Virus record (IMG/VR): IMGVR_UViG_3300032218_002410
Location: 1-46,810 of that record
Reading direction: 5' to 3' (one strand)
DNA length: 46,810 nucleotides
Source of the DNA: a virus
Lineage: Duplodnaviria; Caudoviricetes
Part shown: positions 1-9,395 of the stretch, piece after piece
How positions within the stretch are numbered: the stretch's first letter is position 1
Layout of the letters: the number at the start of each line of letters is the position of its first letter
Position numbers and translations under genes: made by a program
The notes under the pieces: generated by a model
What the model saw: the letters and a program-made list of their open reading frames with translations, nothing else
Told to the model about the DNA's origin: nothing
Databases searched by the model: none

Positions 1-123
1 ACCTTCAGGCCAAACAGCCAAAGCCTCACCATCACTGACAAGCAAAAACAAGCGCCGGGGGTTGCCGTTAGTGTCGTTGATTGATTTTAGATACAAAAAT
101 TCCACGGGATTAAAAAGAAAAGG
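1..123. repeat. 123-bp exact terminal repeat (copy at 46688-46810), most likely the circular-assembly overlap
   Basis: ACCTTCAGGCCAAAC...AAAGAAAAGG is identical at both ends and cuts through the ORF at 46493-46792. Confidence 0.95.
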
Positions 124-124
124 A

Positions 125-304
125 CTAGTAAGCGTTAAACTCATCACCAAAAATCACGGCCTCAACCGCAAAAGTCTGCCCAGGGTGCCGACGTGCCAGC
201 CCAGCGAGTTCAAGCACCAGGGCCGCCCGGCTGTAACTGGCAATACCGGTAGGCACCGTTCTGGTGCCGTACTCGTCTGTAATGGTGGTGATAATTTCAA
301 ACAT
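125..304 (-). CDS. small hypothetical protein (59 aa, MFEIITTITDEYG...)
   Basis: ATG at 304 overlaps the stop of the upstream ORF (TGATG); part of a co-oriented run. Confidence 0.65.
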   Translation of the reverse strand: MFEIITTITDEYGTRTVPTGIASYSRAALVLELAGLARRHPGQTFAVEAVIFGDEFNAY

Positions 305-528
305 CAGCGGAGCCTCTCTAGGTTGTGAACGTTGACCCAAACCGGCCAGGCATCATCTGATCGCTGAAACTCCCAGGCAATATCGGCGCAGTCACCAGTA
401 GAACCCCAAATACGGGTAACAACACCGCGCGCCGTAGGAAAAAAGCCGGAGTAAGCCCCCACGATCCGACAAAACGCCGAGGAATAGCGGACCCGATCGC
501 CCACTTTCAAAGGTTGACGGTTAGCCAT
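304..528 (-). CDS. small hypothetical protein, SH3/KOW-like (LKVGDRVRY...RGVVTRI)
   Basis: KVGDRV and GxV pattern; pyrimidine-rich leader before the ATG. Confidence 0.7.
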   Translation of the reverse strand: MANRQPLKVGDRVRYSSAFCRIVGAYSGFFPTARGVVTRIWGSTGDCADIAWEFQRSDDAWPVWVNVHNLERLR

Positions 529-555
529 AGCAAACAAGCAATAAGGAAAAGGGAA

Positions 556-741
556 TCAGTAGCCAAGCCAAGCCAACAGCGCATCCGCCCGCCATTGGTG
601 CAACCAAGCATTGTCTGGCTCGGCGTTCAGCTCAGCAAACGAAATGCCGTGATCAGCCAACAGGCGGATCACTTGCGCTTTAGATAGGCAGCCCAACGAG
701 TCGGCCGCATCAAGCACGGATTGGCAATAGTCAGAGTGCAT
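556..741 (-). CDS. small hypothetical protein (MHSDYCQSV...LLAWLGY)
   Basis: ORF in the co-oriented cluster; ...WLGY C-terminus resembles small cyanophage proteins. Confidence 0.7.
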   Translation of the reverse strand: MHSDYCQSVLDAADSLGCLSKAQVIRLLADHGISFAELNAEPDNAWLHQWRADALLAWLGY

Positions 742-807
742 CGCACAAAAGCAAAGGACCGGCAGCTGAGCTCCCACACCCAAAGGGGGAGAGGCCCTCG
801 CCGCTTG

Positions 808-835
808 CTCTAATGATACGTCACCACGTAGCTAA
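808..835 (-). promoter_or_regulatory. candidate -10 (TATCAT) promoter for the minus-strand cluster, with adjacent ACGTA boxes
   Basis: minus strand reads CTACGTGGTGACG-TATCAT about 70 nt upstream of the first ORF. Confidence 0.4.
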
Positions 836-1204
836 AAGCAGCCCCAACCGCAACATCTGGACACATTCCCAACCGGCCCAAACCCGTTGCACCCCAGCGA
901 GTCTGGCCAAACCCTGCGCACCTGTCTATGCAACAGGTACGCAAGGCCAAACCACAGGCACAGCAACGGATCAGCCGGCAAAGTTGGACACAGGCCCGAA
1001 ACTGGACAAACAGGAGCCCCAGACCTACCCCCACGGCAAAGGAAACGCCGGAAAGAGGCACCTGTGTCGCCTCTCACACCAAACCTCCCAGCTTTTACCT
1101 ACTTACGGATACAGCTACATGCATTGCCACAACTAGGCCCGGCGCACCTACCCCCATCTTTCAGCCTGCCGCTAACCTCAGTCAGTAACTAGGCATTCAG
1201 CCGT

Positions 1205-2560
1205 GTGTCGTTACTTGGTGGAATACCCGGTGGAAAGTGCTTAGAGCCCCCAATTCGGACCAATACGCGATGTCGTGATACCTACGAAGAGATCCGCGAC
1301 CGCATCTACGCCCGACTGCTACCCCCGCAGAAGGAATTCCTGGATTGCACGGACAAGAAGATCGTGGGCTACGTGGCCGGTTTCGGTGCGGGAAAGACCC
1401 ATGCGCTCTGTGCCAAAGCCGTGATGCTCTCCCTGGAGAACATCGGAACCGTCGGTGCTGTTTTTGAGCCCACCCACATCATGTTGAAAGACGTTTGGGT
1501 GCGAAGTTTTGACGATTATTTAGACGACATCGGCATTGATTTCGATTTCCGTGTATCCCCGCAGCCCGAATACCGCCTGCACCTACCCGGCGGCACCGTA
1601 ACCATCCTCTGCCGGGCCACCGAGACGTGGAACAGGATCCGGGGCCAGAACCTCTCCTACGCCCTGGTAGACGAGGTAGACACCTCCCCCATGGAAACGG
1701 CCCAGAAGGCTTCGGAAATGATCCTGGCCCGACTACGGGGTGGGAAGAAGCCCCAACTGGCCGTGGCGTCGACGCCAGAGGGCTTTCGCTGGATGTACAA
1801 GACCTTCGTTGAGGACGGAGCACAACCTGACCGCCACCTAATCCGTGCCCGCACCCAAGACAACCCTTACCTACCCCCAGGGTTCGTCGATTCGCTCTAC
1901 AAGAACTTCCCGCCGCAGCTTCTGGCGGCCTATCTCGAGGGGCAATTCACCAACCTAAACAACACGCAGGTTTACAGCTATTTCGACCGCGACATCCACT
2001 GGACCGACGAAAAAATCCAGCCTGACGACCGCATTTACATCGGGATCGACTTCAACGTGGGCTGTTGCTTCATGGAAGTATGCGTCCGGCGCGGGGATGA
2101 GTTCCACTTCATTGACGAGTACCACCCGAAAGACACCCCGTCGGTTGTGGCCAAGATCAAGGAGCTGTACCCGGACCACATCAACCGTGGAGACGTGGTG
2201 GTCATCCCTGACGCCGCATCCAGGCAGCGCAGCACCACCAACGCCCGCGAATCCGACCTCAGCCTCCTCAAAAAAGGTGGATTTGTGGTCAAAGCGCAAA
2301 CCTCCAACCCTCAGATTGAGGACCGGATCAACGCAATGAACGTGTTGATGATCAACAACCGTTTCCGGGTTGGTACACGCTGCAAATACCTGCTGCGGGC
2401 GTTAGAAACGCAGGCTTTCGATGATCGCGGCAAGCCGGATAAGTCTGGTCGTGGTTTGGATGACAAATCAGGCCCTGCAGACGCCTGCGGGTATGTAGTC
2501 ACAGCCTTGGCCGGCCTGCGCCGCTATCAGACCGGCGGCAGCGCATTCCGCACGTACTAA
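1205..2560 (+). CDS. terL: terminase large subunit
   Basis: Walker A AGFGAGKT, Walker B ALVDE, coupling motif STPEG, nuclease IGIDFN; precedes the portal. Confidence 0.95.
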   Translation: MSLLGGIPGGKCLEPPIRTNTRCRDTYEEIRDRIYARLLPPQKEFLDCTDKKIVGYVAGFGAGKTHALCAKAVMLSLENIGTVGAVFEPTHIMLKDVWVRSFDDYLDDIGIDFDFRVSPQPEYRLHLPGGTVTILCRATETWNRIRGQNLSYALVDEVDTSPMETAQKASEMILARLRGGKKPQLAVASTPEGFRWMYKTFVEDGAQPDRHLIRARTQDNPYLPPGFVDSLYKNFPPQLLAAYLEGQFTNLNNTQVYSYFDRDIHWTDEKIQPDDRIYIGIDFNVGCCFMEVCVRRGDEFHFIDEYHPKDTPSVVAKIKELYPDHINRGDVVVIPDAASRQRSTTNARESDLSLLKKGGFVVKAQTSNPQIEDRINAMNVLMINNRFRVGTRCKYLLRALETQAFDDRGKPDKSGRGLDDKSGPADACGYVVTALAGLRRYQTGGSAFRTY

Positions 2561-2628
2561 CAACCCTACGTCGTGGCGTTAATGTATACACGGGGTTAAC
2601 TCCCGCAGCATTTAGGGGTTGCCAATCC

Positions 2629-4305
2629 ATGGCTGACATGTCCGCGTCATATCCCGGTCGCGATCTGGGCCTACAGCCTGGCCTTTGGGACGGCAACCCC
2701 CTCATCAATACCGGCGGCCTCTCTGGGCGTCCGTTTCAGCTCTCCGGGATCACTGACGGGCACGACCCCAGTGTTCTGAGCACCAGCGTGCTGAACATGA
2801 TCCCGTTTTGGCGGCCAATCCAGTTCTGCATGGGCGGCACCAAGTTGATCCGCCGCATGGCCGAAGAGATCATCCCCCGTGAACCGAGAGAGGATCTTGA
2901 TGCTTACAACCGTCGCATCTTCCACGCGACGATGCCGCCATTCCTACAGCGGTTGGCATCCCAAGCTGCTGGAACAATCCTCCGCAAAGGTGTTGAACTC
3001 CACGGCGACCCTTACTGGAAGGAATGGGCGAAGGATGTAACCGGCGACGGCATGACGCTGGATGAGTTTGCCCGGCGCACACTCTTCAACGCCATCATCT
3101 ATGGCCACTCCTCGATCATGGTGGACTATCCATCAGCAGAGGAACCCACCTCTCTTGCCGCCGAGCGTGAAGCCGACGACCTGGCGCCCTACCTGATTCC
3201 GGTTGAATGCACCCAAATCTTGGGTTGGCGCACCGAGGGCAACCGCGCATCCACCGAGCTGACCCAGGTCCGCATCCGTGAGCGGATTGTTGAGCCCTAC
3301 GGGGACTTCGGTGAACGGGTGCTGGATCAAGTGCGGGTGATGGAGCCCGGAAAGTACCAGATTTGGCGCAACCAAGCCAGCGAGGCTGGCCAGGCCCTCG
3401 GTACTGCTCCCGGCGGGTGGAGCATCTACGAAGAGGGCACCACCAGCCTGGATGACATCCCGCTGGTGACGGTCTACGGCAACCGCCTGGGCACCCTGGT
3501 CAGCCGCCCACCGCTGCTGGAGGTGGCGTACCTGAACATCGCTTACTGCCAGCGGTTCACTGATTACCACAACTCAATTCACATCGGTGCCAGCCCGATC
3601 CTGGTGCTCCGGGGCTTTGACCCCGACAACGACAGCCCACTAGGCCTCTCGGTTAACACCGCCATCGTTCTACCACCAGAAGGTGGTGCGGAGTACGTCC
3701 AGCCCACCAGTGCAGCCTTTGACGCCCAGCTGCAGTGTTTGCACGCCCTGGAAGAGCAGATCAGCCGGCTGGGAATCAACACCCTCACCCAGCAGAACCT
3801 GGGCAACGTAGCGGCCTCCTCAAAGCGCTTGGATCGCACCGATCAGGACTCGATGATGGCAGTGCTAGCAGCGGATCTTACCGCCGGCTTACAACAAGTA
3901 CTGGACCTGGCTGCCGACTATGCCGGCATCGAGCCTCCTGAAGTGATCATCCGGCAGGACTACGAAAACCGGCTGGTGGACGGCAACCAGATCACCGCCT
4001 TCCTGCAGCTGTTCATGCAGGGCGCCATTAGCCAAGAAACGCTGCTTGAGATCCTGCAGCAGGGGGAAGTCATCCCACCGGGAGTCGACATCCAACAGGA
4101 GATCACGCGCACCCGTGACTACCTGGAGGAGCAGATGGCCATGGAAGCCCAGGCAAATGACGCGGAAAGCGGCCCTGGCGAACCTGCAGATTCCGGCCAG
4201 GGCGGCCTAGATCAAGCGGCTGTCTCCGTCAATGCTGGCCAGGGCAAAGATCTCAACAGCCAGACCCTGGCGACCCCGATGCGGCCTGGTAAGCACAAAG
4301 CGTGA
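2629..4305 (+). CDS. portal protein (DUF4055-type)
   Basis: 558 aa after terL; PREPRE..Y..R, IPLVTVY, PPLLEVAYLNIAY and GAISQETLL motifs. Confidence 0.88.
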   Translation: MADMSASYPGRDLGLQPGLWDGNPLINTGGLSGRPFQLSGITDGHDPSVLSTSVLNMIPFWRPIQFCMGGTKLIRRMAEEIIPREPREDLDAYNRRIFHATMPPFLQRLASQAAGTILRKGVELHGDPYWKEWAKDVTGDGMTLDEFARRTLFNAIIYGHSSIMVDYPSAEEPTSLAAEREADDLAPYLIPVECTQILGWRTEGNRASTELTQVRIRERIVEPYGDFGERVLDQVRVMEPGKYQIWRNQASEAGQALGTAPGGWSIYEEGTTSLDDIPLVTVYGNRLGTLVSRPPLLEVAYLNIAYCQRFTDYHNSIHIGASPILVLRGFDPDNDSPLGLSVNTAIVLPPEGGAEYVQPTSAAFDAQLQCLHALEEQISRLGINTLTQQNLGNVAASSKRLDRTDQDSMMAVLAADLTAGLQQVLDLAADYAGIEPPEVIIRQDYENRLVDGNQITAFLQLFMQGAISQETLLEILQQGEVIPPGVDIQQEITRTRDYLEEQMAMEAQANDAESGPGEPADSGQGGLDQAAVSVNAGQGKDLNSQTLATPMRPGKHKA

Positions 4306-5102
4306 ACAAAAAGGGCTACATCCTCCGCCTTTTGCTGCAGCTCGGGTCCATCGAAAAGCAGCTGACGGGTTTTGTACGGCCACTGTTGTTGAAAGCGCTG
4401 CTAGTTGCCCGCGATCTGGTGCTGTCTTTGCCAGACAATGTCCTGACACGGCAGCTGCTGTGGCGGATCAACCGCACGGGCCTGATTCCATCACTGGCGG
4501 CCTACAACGACACCTTTGCCTCCGCGCTGGGCAAAGCCTTGGTGCAGCTGGAGCCGCAGGCCCGGCAGCGAGCAGCTGAATACATGGGAATCCAACTCCC
4601 ATCGATGTCATTGCGCCCCATCCCCATGGTCATGGGCGACACTCGCGTGCTCGAGCAGTCGCTCACCACGCTGTTTGATCGTGCAAACGCACAGGGCGTG
4701 TCACCGTTCATGCGTCAGCACATGCGAGAGATTGATCGGGTGGTGGAGGGTGGCATTCTGGCCGAAAAGACCACCACTGAAATAGCCAACGATGTAGTGG
4801 CCCACGTGGTCCGTCAGGGCGAACCACGCTTTGTAGCCAGGGTTGGCACGGTCTTTAACCGGATGCGTTCCCGCGCCGAAGCTATCGTCGCTAACGCGGT
4901 GTGGGCGGTATCCCATGCCCAGGAACAGACCGTCTGGCAGGGCGAAAACATCCAAAGGTGGCAGTGGCACGCAACTTTGGACCCCAAAACCTGTCCGCGA
5001 TGCGCCCCGCTAGATGGGGAGATCAGGGAAAACGTGAACGAATTCCCGTACACCCCACCTGTTCACCCGTTCTGCCGGTGCGTCATTCTTCCGGCTGAAT
5101 GA
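4302..5102 (+). CDS. head morphogenesis / minor head protein (SPP1 gp7 / Mu F family)
   Basis: C-terminal WHATLDPKTCPRC...PPVHPFCRC. Confidence 0.9.
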   Translation: MNKKGYILRLLLQLGSIEKQLTGFVRPLLLKALLVARDLVLSLPDNVLTRQLLWRINRTGLIPSLAAYNDTFASALGKALVQLEPQARQRAAEYMGIQLPSMSLRPIPMVMGDTRVLEQSLTTLFDRANAQGVSPFMRQHMREIDRVVEGGILAEKTTTEIANDVVAHVVRQGEPRFVARVGTVFNRMRSRAEAIVANAVWAVSHAQEQTVWQGENIQRWQWHATLDPKTCPRCAPLDGEIRENVNEFPYTPPVHPFCRCVILPAE

Positions 5103-5277
5103 CTTCCGCCACAGGAGCCGCCTTCGCTTTCTTGGAAGGCTTAGGCATCGGACAACCTTCTACAGGTGCTTCTTCCTCTACCTGCACTTCACCGTTAACC
5201 AATGCATTGACCTTCAATGCGTTAGCGGCGGCGGGGTCAGCAACTTGATCCCAGGGGCCAGGCGTCCAGAGAGCCAT
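5083..5277 (-). CDS. small hypothetical protein antisense to the head module (MALWTPGPW...)
   Basis: 64 aa ORF filling the gap between the head morphogenesis and scaffold genes. Confidence 0.5.
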   Translation of the reverse strand: MALWTPGPWDQVADPAAANALKVNALVNGEVQVEEEAPVEGCPMPKPSKKAKAAPVAEVIQPEE

Positions 5278-5381
5278 ATCAATGAAAAGCAATACCGGAA
5301 CTTTAACTACCACCGTTACGGGTTAAAGGTTACGTAGCAACTTGGTCACCTATAGACTTAGATGGCAACCCTACGTTCCAC

Positions 5382-6110
5382 ATGTCGGATCAAGCCATCG
5401 GGGACCAGTCAGTGACTGCTCAAGGCGCGTCTGCGACGCCCCAACCCGAAGCCCAGCCCGCAATTGACACCTCGGAGGTGGATCTACTCCGCAAGAAGCT
5501 CGAGCTTGCTCTGCAAGATCGTGCCGAAGCAGGAGCCACCAACCAGAAGCTCAATGAGCGTCTGAAAGAAGCCGAGAAGTCATTGAAGGCGCTGGAAAGC
5601 CAATTCCACAGTGGAAAACAGCAACAGCTTCAAGACGCAGGCGATTACAAGTCGCTCTGGGAGGAGTTGAAGCAGACCGCCGCCAATAAGGACAAAGAAA
5701 TCGAGGCCCTGAAACAGCAGATCGAGTCCGTGACCCTCTCTGCCCAACAGGAACGCCTCAAAGCATCAGCGGTATCGAGCATCAGCAAAGCCGGCGTGAT
5801 CGCCCCTGAGCAGATGTACGCGCTGTTGCAGTCCCAGCTTCGGGAAGTGAGTGGGAAACCAGTAGTGCTCGCGGGGGGCGCGGAGCAACCACTGGATGCC
5901 TATCTCGCAAACCTGAAAGCACCTGGCAGCGGTTACGAGCATCACTTCGCTCCCTCGGGCGCAAAAGGAATGGGCGCCAGCGCCACCAGTGGTGTCGCTC
6001 CGGGGATGAACAACCCGTATAAAGCGGGCAATCTCACCGAAGTACTGCGCCTGGAGAAAGACAATCCTGACCTTGCAATCGCACTGCGGAAGGAAGCCGG
6101 CCTGGGTTGA
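5382..6110 (+). CDS. capsid scaffolding protein
   Basis: coiled-coil, G-rich linker and NPY near the C-terminus; directly before the capsid gene. Confidence 0.85.
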   Translation: MSDQAIGDQSVTAQGASATPQPEAQPAIDTSEVDLLRKKLELALQDRAEAGATNQKLNERLKEAEKSLKALESQFHSGKQQQLQDAGDYKSLWEELKQTAANKDKEIEALKQQIESVTLSAQQERLKASAVSSISKAGVIAPEQMYALLQSQLREVSGKPVVLAGGAEQPLDAYLANLKAPGSGYEHHFAPSGAKGMGASATSGVAPGMNNPYKAGNLTEVLRLEKDNPDLAIALRKEAGLG

Positions 6111-6133
6111 TCCAACCTATCTAGGTCACGATC

Positions 6134-7189
6134 ATGTCTACTGCTGCCTTTACTAACTATTCGGGAGGTTCATTCCTCACCGATCTGATTACCGTACCTA
6201 ATTTCACGCAGTACCTGCGTGAGGCTATCTACGAGAAATCAGCCTTTATCAAGTCCGGCGCGATTGTGCGCGATTCCCGCCTCGACGCCTCTGCCGGCGG
6301 CGTGCGCGTGGTGGTGCCCGCGTTCAACCCGATTGCACCCACCGAAGAAGTCATCACCTCGGCTTCTAACTGGGGCACGGGTGGCGCTGGTTATCTGACT
6401 CCTCAGCGAATCACTGCCGACCAAGGCGTGATGACCATCCTGCGTCGTGGCTTCAGCTATGCCGTGGATGACATCTCGAAGTACGGCTCTGGCACCGACC
6501 CCATGTCGGCCATCCTGGGCTACCTGTCTGATGCCATCAACAAAAAGCGCACCGCCACCATGGTGTCGCAACTGACCGGCATCTTCGGCACCGCCCTGGC
6601 CGCCAACGTGGCTGACGTGTCTGCCGGCACCGATGGTTCGCAGTACATCACTGCTGCCTCTGTGATCAAAGCCAAGTCGCTGCTTGGCGAACGTGGCGAT
6701 GAACTGAACACCATTGCAGTTCACCCCAACGTTTACTACTACATGCAACAAGTGGGCATGTTGCAGTTCTCCACCTCTTCTCTTACTGCAGGTGGTGCGA
6801 TCACTTGGGGTGGTGGCGGTGTCGGCGTAACTGCCGGCTCTGCTGGTGTGGCCTCTTTCGCAGGCCTCAACGTGGTGGTCGACTCCCAGCTGCCCACCAG
6901 CGGCACTGGTGCCAACACCGTCTACACCTCTTACCTCTTTGGTAACGGTGTGGTGCTGGAGGGTCAACAGTCCCCCCTGATGATCGAGGCGGATCGCAAC
7001 ATCCTCTCGATGCAGAACGTGATGGCCGTCAACTACCACTACGGCTTCCACGTGCAGGGCACCAGCTGGACTGCCGGCACCGACAACCCGACCAACTCTG
7101 GTCTGGCCACTGCCGCCAACTGGTCTCTCAACTACGATCCTCGCCTGATCGCGTTGACTGCCCTGAAGACCAAATCTCCCTTCAGCTGA
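6134..7189 (+). CDS. major capsid protein
   Basis: 351 aa, strongly biased codons, SAFIKSGAIVRD and YHYGFHVQG motifs, followed by a terminator. Confidence 0.92.
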   Translation: MSTAAFTNYSGGSFLTDLITVPNFTQYLREAIYEKSAFIKSGAIVRDSRLDASAGGVRVVVPAFNPIAPTEEVITSASNWGTGGAGYLTPQRITADQGVMTILRRGFSYAVDDISKYGSGTDPMSAILGYLSDAINKKRTATMVSQLTGIFGTALAANVADVSAGTDGSQYITAASVIKAKSLLGERGDELNTIAVHPNVYYYMQQVGMLQFSTSSLTAGGAITWGGGGVGVTAGSAGVASFAGLNVVVDSQLPTSGTGANTVYTSYLFGNGVVLEGQQSPLMIEADRNILSMQNVMAVNYHYGFHVQGTSWTAGTDNPTNSGLATAANWSLNYDPRLIALTALKTKSPFS

Positions 7190-7210
7190 TCACATCAGTT
7201 ATTGGAGAAC

Positions 7211-7235
7211 GGGGGAGCTTCGGCTCCCCCTTTTT
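7211..7235 (+). terminator. intrinsic terminator after the capsid gene
   Basis: GGGGGAGC-TTCG-GCTCCCCC followed by TTTTT. Confidence 0.92.
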
Positions 7236-7280
7236 CATGCTGATGCGTGACACTAGGAGTACGACACTCGGAGCCCTGAG

Positions 7281-7439
7281 ATGATCGGCATCACCCGTTT
7301 GATTGCTGAAAGCCCAGAGAAAGATCACACGGGGATGCCCGCTAGAATCAAAGTGCTAGACCTTCCACCAAAGGTTGCATCTGAGGTTCTAACCCGGCTC
7401 GTAAATGAGGGCTGGTCCGTCGAGGAGACACCCCTGTAA
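7281..7439 (+). CDS. small hypothetical protein (52 aa, MIGITRLIAE...EETPL; not in the ORF track)
   Basis: ATG..TAA read by hand; TAATG overlap with the next gene. Confidence 0.6.
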   Translation: MIGITRLIAESPEKDHTGMPARIKVLDLPPKVASEVLTRLVNEGWSVEETPL

Positions 7440-8047
7440 TGGCACCTACTCTCGACGCCACGCTTGCCGGAGCTAGTTCCAACAGTTATCAGACTGTGGC
7501 AGCAGCTGACGCATACTTTTCCAACTCGTTGTACGGAACTCAGTGGAGCGCTCTGAGCACCGACGTTAAAGCCGCAGCACTGATCACAGCTGCTCAGTGG
7601 TTGGACACCTTGAAGTACATCGGCATCCGTTGCCAGAGCACGCAGAGCTTGACCTGGCCGCGCTACATCCCACCCACGTCTTATTTCAACCCGATCCAGT
7701 TCTACCAACCGCCAAACGACGACCCAATCCCGACCTGCGATCTGATCCCCAAAGAGATCCTGCAGGCCCATGCCGAGCTTGCTCTGCACTTAGGCGTCAA
7801 CCCCACGCTGATGAACTGGGGTGTGGGCAAGGATCTGATGGGCGAGCAAGGCCCAGTCCGGCGTCAGAAACTGGACGCCCTCGAGGTCGAGTACTTCGAT
7901 CCCCGGACGGTGCCCGGCTCTTCCCGCATTTACGGGGTCAACACCAATGCACCGCTGCTGCTTCAGAAGTTCCCCTGGCTGAAGCCGTTGATTGCTCGCT
8001 GGATGACCAACGCCACTGGTCAGGTCGTTAGCAAGGTGCGCTCATGA
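7439..8047 (+). CDS. head-tail adaptor (DnaT-like phage family)
   Basis: ANSY..VA.ADAYF, Q.L.WPR and IP.EI..A..ELA motifs; position. Confidence 0.8.
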   Translation: MAPTLDATLAGASSNSYQTVAAADAYFSNSLYGTQWSALSTDVKAAALITAAQWLDTLKYIGIRCQSTQSLTWPRYIPPTSYFNPIQFYQPPNDDPIPTCDLIPKEILQAHAELALHLGVNPTLMNWGVGKDLMGEQGPVRRQKLDALEVEYFDPRTVPGSSRIYGVNTNAPLLLQKFPWLKPLIARWMTNATGQVVSKVRS

Positions 8048-8421
8048 GCCAGGTCGACACCACCTTTGGCTCTATTCCTGGTCCCCTGGTCGGTAAATGG
8101 GGCCAGACCGTGACGTTTCTTAAAGCCGGCGGCCCTGCCACCTACAACCCAGCTACCGGCAACATCAGCGCAACAACCACCAGCTACACGGGCCGAGGTG
8201 TCATCACCAAGGTCCACGCCACCGAACTGAACGGTGTCCTGCAGAGCACCGACTACAAGGTGATCACAGAGCCTGGGCAGATCGGCGGGAACTATGTGAC
8301 CACGGCTGATTCGTTCAAATTCACCCGTGGCAACAAGACCATCAACGCCAAGGTGATTGATGTGGCCACATATGCCGGCGATGCCCCGATCATGTTCATC
8401 TGCTTTGTGAGGCCGCAGTGA
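8044..8421 (+). CDS. head-closure / stopper protein
   Basis: size, synteny, TYNPATG motif. Confidence 0.65.
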   Translation: MSQVDTTFGSIPGPLVGKWGQTVTFLKAGGPATYNPATGNISATTTSYTGRGVITKVHATELNGVLQSTDYKVITEPGQIGGNYVTTADSFKFTRGNKTINAKVIDVATYAGDAPIMFICFVRPQ

Positions 8422-8891
8422 TGGCTAAGCGTGATCTGTCACAACTTGGATCAGATGTCAAAGGGCTAGCCGGCCTGTCCATTGAATTTCTGGCGCACGA
8501 TCTGGTGAACGAATTGCAAAAAGAAGGGGAAGTGCCGATCTGGGACGGCTACTTCGTGAATGCCTGGCAAGTGAACCTTGGCAAAGAGGAAGTACCAGCC
8601 GACAGACAGAAGTCAACTGATTACCAAGGCGATCACCCCGTAACAATCAAGCAAATCCCGGTTCCGCCTCAACCTCTGAAACCCATTGGATACCGGATTG
8701 GCAACCGCATGGAGTACGCCGACATTGCTATGGACTTAGAGCCCGACCCTGATGGTCAATACCGGGGTGATCGGCCTGGTAGGACAGCACCCAAAAACTG
8801 GTTTACCACCTTGATGAACGGAGGCAAGCTCGAGGGCATGACCAACAAAGCAGTTGGGCAGGCTATTCAGGTGCTGGAGGCTGGGTACTGA
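8418..8891 (+). CDS. neck / tail completion protein (HK97 gp10-like)
   Basis: P.WDG.F..AW and IGN..EYA motifs; synteny. Confidence 0.65.
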   Translation: MMAKRDLSQLGSDVKGLAGLSIEFLAHDLVNELQKEGEVPIWDGYFVNAWQVNLGKEEVPADRQKSTDYQGDHPVTIKQIPVPPQPLKPIGYRIGNRMEYADIAMDLEPDPDGQYRGDRPGRTAPKNWFTTLMNGGKLEGMTNKAVGQAIQVLEAGY

Positions 8892-8893
8892 TC

Positions 8894-9328
8894 ATGAGCA
8901 TCTTCCAGGCCATCCGCGCATACTTTGAGGCTCCGCTGATTGAGGCCTATGCAAGCCTGGCACCTTCAATTCCGGTTTACGTCGATAACCAGGAGTATGC
9001 CGATGCCGCAGCCGACAGTGAGTTTTGCTTGCTGAGCATCAACTTTGGTGCCACCAGTGAGCAGGCGTTGGTAGCCGGTTTTCAGCGATTTCGGGGCAGC
9101 CTGGTGCTTGAGGTGTACACAGCCAAAGGCAAAGGGCCAGGTCGCGGGTCAGAGCTGATTGCTGTGGGGTATGACAAGTTGATCGAGGTCAACAATTACT
9201 CGGTCCCCGTCAACCATGTCATGGGTTCCATCGGAGTCGTTAATGGCCCAACGTTTTCACCGCTAAACAAGCTGCCGCACTTCCAAACTCGGCTAAGTAC
9301 GCCAATCTCGGGTCGTTACTATACGTAG
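8894..9328 (+). CDS. tail terminator protein
   Basis: RG.L..EVYT.KGKG motif; directly before the tail tube gene. Confidence 0.7.
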   Translation: MSIFQAIRAYFEAPLIEAYASLAPSIPVYVDNQEYADAAADSEFCLLSINFGATSEQALVAGFQRFRGSLVLEVYTAKGKGPGRGSELIAVGYDKLIEVNNYSVPVNHVMGSIGVVNGPTFSPLNKLPHFQTRLSTPISGRYYT

Positions 9329-9395
9329 AAGCCGGGCTGTGCCCGTCGTGCCCCCAACAGCGCCCCCACCTGCTGTTTATTTCTAGGCACAACCC

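Noticed and set aside
1-123. terminal repeat as the biological direct terminal repeat
   Set aside because: it starts and ends inside or next to an ordinary ORF and has the length of a typical assembler overlap; it shows circularity, not the virion ends
810-1192. several overlapping 80-107 aa ORFs upstream of terL as terS
   Set aside because: low-complexity, mutually overlapping, no HTH pattern; the region looks non-coding
6239-7051. long antisense ORFs (also 40838-41797, 40351-40965, 44518-45117, 24662-25111)
   Set aside because: shadows of strongly codon-biased sense genes with no recognisable motifs
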